Assembly (NCBI GenBank): GCA_023474775.1
Contig: JAMCXP010000048.1
Location: forward strand, 1 to 31,656
DNA length: 31,656 bases
Direction of reading: 5' to 3'
Source of the DNA: Candidatus Marsarchaeota archaeon
GTDB taxonomy: Archaea > Micrarchaeota > Micrarchaeia > Norongarragalinales > UBA8480
This document shows, in pieces, positions 25,569 through 31,656 of this stretch. A model generated the notes under the pieces. The model was not told where the DNA came from. It searched no databases and was given only the letters and a program-made list of their open reading frames with translations. Every line of letters starts with the position of its first letter. The stretch's first letter is position 1. The translations under genes and the position numbers were made by a program.

Positions 25569-26588
25569 TCATTTTTCTTCCATTGCCTTCTTTAGCGTTG
25601 GCTGAATTATTTTCGGGTGTTTTTCTATTGGCATTGGCTTGAATAATTTTTTTATGTCACCAAGCGCATAAGGCTCGTTCTTCTTGTTATACTCTACCAT
25701 CTTACTCCAAAAATGTTTTTTGTCATTATTTAAAACCATTGCAGCGTAATCTTTGGTTTTAATCACACTTGCGTATTTTTTTTGCTTCATTCCCAAAAAT
25801 TCTTTTATTTTATTCTGCGAAGATAATTTTGAGTTTACAGAAGCATTCCAGAATAATGTGTGCCCTTCAAGTTTTTTAATCATTGCTTCTGGCTTCAGGG
25901 AAGAGTATCTGTATATGGGCTCCTCAAGATTGATAAATTGAACCCTGTACGTATCAGTAAAGCCTATTTTAATTATTGAAATGAATATCATTGAAAATAG
26001 TTTTTTTAACTCGTTTGGATTGAATAAATTTAACATGAAATGAAGCATAAAAAAATTTAAAGTTATTTTAAATCTGTTCATATAATTTTCATAAGAGTAG
26101 CCAAGAGTCCACGCGTCTTGAATTACGTTTATATATCTAAGATTTCTTGCCAGTCGCGTTCGATATTCTGTGTGATCCAATAAGTTCGTTCCAAAAATTA
26201 TATTGAAGGGCAGGTTAAATAAATCTGCGGTTGGATACATTTCAGGCAGCTTTTTGATTGTTTGAATCGATTTTTCATGTATTATTTCATTCGCCTGAAT
26301 ATATAAAATATAACTTCCTTTGCATTTTACTCTTACCTGATTGGCAGAGTTCGCTAGGGTAAGCAAAGGCGTTTTTTTATCCAAAACCCATTTTTTTCTA
26401 TACAATTTTATTTTATTGTGTTTTTTCTGCAGTTTTAGAAGCTCCTCCCAAGTTCCGTCAGTTGAATAACCATCCGATACCAAAAATTCATCGCATATTG
26501 GAAGCGCAGATTCTATTGCTTGTATAAATGGATATCCTTGTGATTTAACATTCCACACGTTCATAAATCCTGAAATAGTGTAATCCAT
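25569..26588 (-). CDS. GT-A fold glycosyltransferase (family 2-like)
   Basis: ISGFMNVWN...YPFIQAIESALPICDEFLVSDGYSTDGT, YIQANEIIHE. Confidence 0.85.
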   Translation of the reverse strand: MDYTISGFMNVWNVKSQGYPFIQAIESALPICDEFLVSDGYSTDGTWEELLKLQKKHNKIKLYRKKWVLDKKTPLLTLANSANQVRVKCKGSYILYIQANEIIHEKSIQTIKKLPEMYPTADLFNLPFNIIFGTNLLDHTEYRTRLARNLRYINVIQDAWTLGYSYENYMNRFKITLNFFMLHFMLNLFNPNELKKLFSMIFISIIKIGFTDTYRVQFINLEEPIYRYSSLKPEAMIKKLEGHTLFWNASVNSKLSSQNKIKEFLGMKQKKYASVIKTKDYAAMVLNNDKKHFWSKMVEYNKKNEPYALGDIKKLFKPMPIEKHPKIIQPTLKKAMEEK

Positions 26589-26663
26589 TTTTAGTTACCT
26601 TTTCAATTAATTTTATTGCGAAAGTATTAAAAGTATTGAGATTTAACATTTTTACACTATTGG

Positions 26664-29600
26664 TTGTATTTGTTTTGGTGGTTGAATTTGATTTTGGAGT
26701 TGCTTGCAATAATAATAATCGCTTTGCTTGTTTCAGCGCCTGGAATAATTTTTTGTTTCGCTCTGCTTAAAGGAGTTGATTTGAATCGCTTTGAAAAGAC
26801 AATTATTGGAGTTTTGCTTGGCTTGTTTATTCCCCCTTTGATGAGTTTTTTTGAATTCATTGTCTTCGGCTGGCTTTTCAACGTTTGGATTTTCTTTTTA
26901 AATACGGTTGTTTTTCTTGCCATTTCAATAGTATTGTTTTACACTCAAAAAATTAATTTTAGCTTTGATTTTAAATCTTTTGATTTTAGTAAAATTGATT
27001 CCAAATCGCTTGTTAACTTTATAAAAAACAATAAGGTTATGCTTATTCTAGCGGCGCTTATGCTTCTAGGCTTTTACGCTAGGTCTGCCACTCCCTCGAC
27101 AAATTTCTTTGAATTCGACCCTTATTACTATATGAGAGTTACCGAACAGCTGGTTAACTGGGGCGTTCCATTGCTTCACAGCATGGATGTTTACTATCCT
27201 CTTGGGTCTACTTACCGTGAGTTTCCACTGGTTTCTTATATGACGGGAGGCTGGTTTGATCTTTTCAATCTTTTCACAAACTCTTCTTTCAGCCTAAATA
27301 ATCTAATCTTAACTTCAAACGTCTACCCTCCATTGTTTGGAGCTTTAATGGCTTTCTTCGCATTTCTTTTTATCAAGGAAGAATACGGAAAAAGAGCGGG
27401 CTTGCTTGCCGCTGGAATAACCGCTTTCATGCCGCAGCTTATAGAGAAATTCGCATTCGGCGAGGCGCTGCTAGAGCCTATGGGTATATTCATAGCAATA
27501 GCAGTTTTCGCTTTCTATGCTTTGGCAGTGAAAAGAAAAAGTCTTAGACTAGGATTTATAGCCGCTTTTATGTTCGCCGCGACTCTTCTAGCTTCCGCCG
27601 AATATGTCTGGCCTTTCATGGTAATATCAGTTTACATGTTGATCCAATCATTCATCGACTTTTGGAATGGAGATCTTGACGACAGGATGGCGTTGATTAA
27701 TATTTTAATGGGTGTTGCCGCTCTGATAGCTTATGCTGCAAGTTTTATTTATGGAATTACAAGGGCGCCTTCAAATTCAATGGTTCTAACATTTTTCGCC
27801 ATCGCACCGTCAATCTTGTTTTTCATTATAAACAAGTTCAAGCTTGCCGAAAAAAAGGAAAGCAAAAAGCTTGTTTTTGGAGGTATAATAGCTTTTGTTG
27901 TTTTAGTGTTGGTATTGACGCCAATAGGCTATAAACTATATGAGTACGCCAATGGACTTACTGGTTTTGCGACAAACTCAAACTTCGTAAGCAAAACCGT
28001 GGCTGAACAATCACCAACCACTTCAGGGGTTTTTCCATCTTCAATGGGCATAATTGACCCGAATATTATATTGTTGATTACAACCATTGTCATGATTTTA
28101 ACTGCCTGTTTTATTATTTACAAGAAAAATAAAAGGGAAGGGCTCATCGCTGGAGGAGTTTCTTTTATTCTTCTGGTGTTTCATGATTTTTTGGATCCCG
28201 TAGCATCTTGGCTGTTTTCAACAGGCACCTCTTCAAGCAACCTGGCGCACTTCATAATTGAAAGTTCTATATTCTGGTACGTGGCGATTCTCTTCGTTCT
28301 TTTTATATTAGTTCAATTTTACGAGCCACGCAAGCACAGGCTTCAACTGCTTTTTGTTGTTTCAATCTTTCCGGTTGCTTATATTGGCTTGAGCATAATG
28401 AAGTATTTGGTTCACTTGGGCGCTGTTTTGGCTGTTGCAGGGGGGGTTTTGTTCGGGGAAGCTGTTAACCTCACGGGCGATATTTCAAACTACTTCAAAT
28501 TAGGGGGGGAGTATAACAATATAGTTTTAACTGGAATGACCTTCATTTCAATTGTTTTAATTGCCCTGCTTGTAACAGGAGTGCCACCCTGGCCTCAGCA
28601 AAGCAAACCTTACCCTGCAGTGGGGTTTTTTGACTCCTGTACAGGTGGTTCAAACAGTATTATGTGTCAGCTTCAATCTTCAAGAATTTCACAAGATTGG
28701 CTTGACGCTATGAGCTGGCTTAATAATAACACAAACATGTACAACGCTTCTATTCAGCAGAATTGCATTGCTAATTATGGTTATACTTGCAGGGTTATAA
28801 GCTGGTGGGATTATGGTCATTGGACTACCTTCTTTGGGAACACTCAATCAGTTTTGGATCCTTTCAACAGATATGAGTTCATGGACCAGGAGGTCGCCAA
28901 CGATTTTGTCGGAACGAATGAAAGCAATCTCGTAAATTCAATGCTTTACTTCCATGCTTCACACATTGAAGTGGATTTTGAGTTGATTCAAAAGTGGGGG
29001 GCGCTTGTATACTTAGCCGGAACCTGCACCTATAACAACACGGCCACTGGAGGCATAGCATTAGGATGTCCTGATCAATTAAGAATAACCGACTGGCAGG
29101 CAGGGCCTGGCCAGAGCATTTTTGAATTCCTTCATTATCCAGAATATCTTCAAGTGGTTGGCACTTGCCCACTTTCTTCTTCAATGTACGCGGTTAAAAG
29201 CAATTTTGACAGTTCTTCAACTCCTTATGATTATTGCATGAGCCAATCAGAGTTGGTTCCTGTTGTTAATAATAATCTAAATTTGGCAGGCGCAAAGCCG
29301 CTTGTGCTGGTTAATCTTTTAACTCCTGTTGAAAATTTGAATAATAATACGGTGTATCTTCTTCCAATCCAGCAGGGGGTTTTCGTAAATGCGAACCCTC
29401 AACTTCAGTCAAGCTATGGTTCGAACGAGTTTTTCAACTCAATGTTTGCAAGGCTTTACTTTTTCTCCAACCTTCCTGGCTTCACCCTTTCTTATGTTTC
29501 GCCTAATGGCGAGGTTAAGATTTTTTCGCTTAACTACACTGCTTATGAAAATTATGCTAATTCAATATCTTCATCAAGCTCAAACGCTTCAAACAGCTTG

Positions 29601-29717
29601 TCTAACCTTCCATTAAATTCTTCATCTTCTTTGAATTCGTCTAACTCTTCTATTCCCGAATCTAATTCTTCTATTTTGAATAAAACCTCTCAGAATTTAA
29701 CTTCAAACTCAAGCTAG
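26664..29717 (+). CDS. aglB: Oligosaccharyltransferase AglB (STT3 family); start uncertain (TTG at 26664 or 26688)
   Basis: FFEFDPYYY, many TM helices, TVAEQ, catalytic VISWWDYGHW, DK-like DFELIQKWGAL. Confidence 0.95.
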   Translation: MYLFWWLNLILELLAIIIIALLVSAPGIIFCFALLKGVDLNRFEKTIIGVLLGLFIPPLMSFFEFIVFGWLFNVWIFFLNTVVFLAISIVLFYTQKINFSFDFKSFDFSKIDSKSLVNFIKNNKVMLILAALMLLGFYARSATPSTNFFEFDPYYYMRVTEQLVNWGVPLLHSMDVYYPLGSTYREFPLVSYMTGGWFDLFNLFTNSSFSLNNLILTSNVYPPLFGALMAFFAFLFIKEEYGKRAGLLAAGITAFMPQLIEKFAFGEALLEPMGIFIAIAVFAFYALAVKRKSLRLGFIAAFMFAATLLASAEYVWPFMVISVYMLIQSFIDFWNGDLDDRMALINILMGVAALIAYAASFIYGITRAPSNSMVLTFFAIAPSILFFIINKFKLAEKKESKKLVFGGIIAFVVLVLVLTPIGYKLYEYANGLTGFATNSNFVSKTVAEQSPTTSGVFPSSMGIIDPNIILLITTIVMILTACFIIYKKNKREGLIAGGVSFILLVFHDFLDPVASWLFSTGTSSSNLAHFIIESSIFWYVAILFVLFILVQFYEPRKHRLQLLFVVSIFPVAYIGLSIMKYLVHLGAVLAVAGGVLFGEAVNLTGDISNYFKLGGEYNNIVLTGMTFISIVLIALLVTGVPPWPQQSKPYPAVGFFDSCTGGSNSIMCQLQSSRISQDWLDAMSWLNNNTNMYNASIQQNCIANYGYTCRVISWWDYGHWTTFFGNTQSVLDPFNRYEFMDQEVANDFVGTNESNLVNSMLYFHASHIEVDFELIQKWGALVYLAGTCTYNNTATGGIALGCPDQLRITDWQAGPGQSIFEFLHYPEYLQVVGTCPLSSSMYAVKSNFDSSSTPYDYCMSQSELVPVVNNNLNLAGAKPLVLVNLLTPVENLNNNTVYLLPIQQGVFVNANPQLQSSYGSNEFFNSMFARLYFFSNLPGFTLSYVSPNGEVKIFSLNYTAYENYANSISSSSSNASNSLSNLPLNSSSSLNSSNSSIPESNSSILNKTSQNLTSNSS

Positions 29718-29720
29718 CTT

Positions 29721-30065
29721 TTAAGGCTTCCACCAGACTTTATCTCCTTCTTTCAGCTTGAATTTTTCAATGCTTCCCTCGGGCGCTTCTATAAGATAAA
29801 GAGAGGGTTTAGGCGTTACATTTAAAGTGAAAGGTTTCACTGTTTTTGTCTGAACTATTTTTTTCTTCTCGTCAAGAAATACTGCGTCGAAAGTGACAAA
29901 GCAGAAAAGAGAATGTATTGAGTTTTCAAGGCTTGCTTTTCTTGAAAAGAAGAACAGCATTGGCTTTTTAAGTTTTTTTTTGAACATTATTCCCATAAGC
30001 TTTTCACCAAAGCTTCTCGCCTCGTCATGCTCCTTCCAAAGTATTTTTTTTCCCGTTCCAATCAT
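29721..30065 (-). CDS. DUF192 family protein (start set at MIGTGKK; track start 30113)
   Basis: ARSFGEKLMGIMF, SIHSLFCFVTFDAVFLD, YLIEAPEG. Confidence 0.85.
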   Translation of the reverse strand: MIGTGKKILWKEHDEARSFGEKLMGIMFKKKLKKPMLFFFSRKASLENSIHSLFCFVTFDAVFLDEKKKIVQTKTVKPFTLNVTPKPSLYLIEAPEGSIEKFKLKEGDKVWWKP

Positions 30066-30136
30066 TTCAATCAACAGATAATTTAAAAACATTTGGCTTT
30101 TTAATATTATCACTTAAAAAAAGGTGTTTTGAAGAA

Positions 30137-30829
30137 TTGCTTAACAGTGTTGGAGTCATTCCAGACGGAAACAGAAGATTCGCTAAAAAATACGGCATGG
30201 ATTTCAGCGAAGCTTACATGAAGGGTTTTGATAAAGTAAAAAACGTTGTAAGGTGGGCTTCTGAAAAAAACGTAAAGGAGGTTTACTTCTGGGCTTTGTC
30301 TTTCGAAAACTTCTCAAAAAGATCCAAAGTAGAATTATCAGTGCTTTTCACCCTGATGAAAAAATACATTGACAAGGCTTTGAGCGATAAAACCTTTGTT
30401 GACTTGAACTGCAAGGTAAGCTTCTTCGGAAATAGGATCGTATTGCCGCAGAATGTCCTGTCCAGAATAGATAAGATAGAAAGTCAAACAAGAGATTGTT
30501 CATCTTATAATTTAGGAATTGGATTAGCCTACAGCGGGAGGGAGGAGTTAATAACCGCTTCAAAAAAAATTGCTGCCGATGTCCTTGAAAATAAAATAAC
30601 CATAAATGAAGTTGATGAAAATACTTTTTCGAACTACCTATACACTCATGCCTCGCCCGATCTTGTCATAAGAACAGGCAGTGTTTCAAGACTTAGCGGG
30701 TTCATGCCATGGCAGGCGGTTTACAGCGAATTGTATTTTTCAAGTAAACTGTGGCCTGAGTTTGAAAAAAAAGACTTTAACAAAGCGGTTGAATTCTTCG
30801 ACTCTACTGAACGAAGATTCGGGAAATAA
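30137..30829 (+). CDS. uppS: cis-prenyltransferase (undecaprenyl/polyprenyl diphosphate synthase)
   Basis: VIPDGNRR, ALSFENFSKRS, YSGREE, PDLVIRTG...RLSGFMPWQ...YSELYF...LWPEF. Confidence 0.96.
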   Translation: MLNSVGVIPDGNRRFAKKYGMDFSEAYMKGFDKVKNVVRWASEKNVKEVYFWALSFENFSKRSKVELSVLFTLMKKYIDKALSDKTFVDLNCKVSFFGNRIVLPQNVLSRIDKIESQTRDCSSYNLGIGLAYSGREELITASKKIAADVLENKITINEVDENTFSNYLYTHASPDLVIRTGSVSRLSGFMPWQAVYSELYFSSKLWPEFEKKDFNKAVEFFDSTERRFGK

Positions 30830-30831
30830 AT

Positions 30832-31656
30832 TTATTGCTTGAATATGAAATCCATATCCCCAAACGCTTCAAGAATTTTATTAAATCCAAACCCGGCTGA
30901 AAAAACAGCCGAGTCAAGAAGATTATTGCCAAGCTTGTCGGCAATACTTCTTATAAGCAAATGCCTTTTAAGGGTTTTCTGCTTTCTCCATTCCTTCTCA
31001 TAATAATCGAGTTTTTTAACTGCTGTCATCGCGCCCAAGCCGCCAAAAACAATCCCCCCGCCTGTGGTTGATTTCACCTGGCCTGCAGCGTCGCCTACTA
31101 AAAGAACGTTGTTTTTTTTGTATAATGCTTCTCTCTTCATTGGTATGAAAGCGTGAAAATCCCTATTCAATTTTTTGAACTTTCTGATCTCGCTTCTCTG
31201 CAGAAATTTTTTTCTAATCTCTTTTATTTTTTTTATTTCAGTGGTTCCAAAACCTGTTTTTGTTTCAGCTCCCGCCGGGACAATCCACCCGTAAAACCCT
31301 GGGAATTGCTCGCTATCAAGATAAACATCAACAAGTTTTTCCTCGTTTTTTCCCTTAAACTCGGCTTCGTAGCATAAAACCTTTCTTTTTATTTCAGGAA
31401 GCTTGAGAATTGAAGCGGTTGTGGATGAAACCCCGTCGGCTCCTATCAAATAATCAAAGTCCAAACGCCCCCTGCTTGTTTCCGCTTTGTTTTTTTTTAT
31501 TCCCTCCAGCCTTGTTTTAAGCTTCAACTCAGCCCCGCTTTCAACTCCTTCTTTTATGACTTCTTCATCAAGCTTCTGCCTGTCCAAAACAACCGCTACG
31601 GGCGTTCGCCTTTCAACCCTGAAACTAAAATGCTTTGAGTGGATTACCGCTCCTAC
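30832..31656 (-). CDS. Geranylgeranyl reductase family FAD oxidoreductase; 5' end lies outside the window
   Basis: LIGADGVSS, FPGFYGWIVP, LLVGDAAGQVKSTTGGGI; the frame stays open to the right edge (VGAVIHSKH...AVVLDR). Confidence 0.92.
   Translation of the reverse strand, partial: VGAVIHSKHFSFRVERRTPVAVVLDRQKLDEEVIKEGVESGAELKLKTRLEGIKKNKAETSRGRLDFDYLIGADGVSSTTASILKLPEIKRKVLCYEAEFKGKNEEKLVDVYLDSEQFPGFYGWIVPAGAETKTGFGTTEIKKIKEIRKKFLQRSEIRKFKKLNRDFHAFIPMKREALYKKNNVLLVGDAAGQVKSTTGGGIVFGGLGAMTAVKKLDYYEKEWRKQKTLKRHLLIRSIADKLGNNLLDSAVFSAGFGFNKILEAFGDMDFIFKQ

Noticed and set aside
152-31377. Numerous 60-160 aa ORFs in the track that lie antisense to, or within, the called genes
   Set aside because: They are shadow ORFs of well-supported genes, with F/S/L-rich composition typical of the reverse complement of K/E-rich coding sequence
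1-31656. CRISPR arrays, rRNA genes, transposases, recoded stop codons
   Set aside because: I found no regularly spaced repeats, rRNA signatures or transposase motifs; recognisable genes end at standard stops, and aRF1 has normal NIKS, YxCxxxF and GGQ motifs

Overview
Core chromosomal region of a small-genome archaeon, most consistent with DPANN and probably Micrarchaeota (inference from archaeal aRF1, FtsZ2, AglB, KaiC-like and type IV pilus genes, two-intron tRNAs with non-canonical intron positions, bacterial-type class II aldolase and a short AlaRS). It contains about 30 protein genes, SRP RNA, RNase P RNA and three tRNAs: Ser-GCT and Met-CAT with two introns each, and Gly-CCC. There is no CRISPR array, prophage or transposase. 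Most unusual observations: (1) an AT-rich HTH-LAGLIDADG endonuclease ORF whose last codons and stop lie inside tRNA-Gly; (2) a long RelA/SpoT homolog with an intact (p)ppGpp synthetase, a dead HD hydrolase and a TGS domain, in an archaeon; (3) a 180-aa mini-intein in the pilus ATPase; (4) tRNAs whose two introns appear to need ordered splicing; (5) tandem membrane-anchored Lon-protease-domain proteins; (6) an RNase P RNA that appears to mix type A and type M features; (7) a candidate A8 frameshift and an unannotated 32-aa ORF upstream of ftsZ2. All family calls come from motif recognition by eye and all RNA folds were done by hand. No database searches were run.
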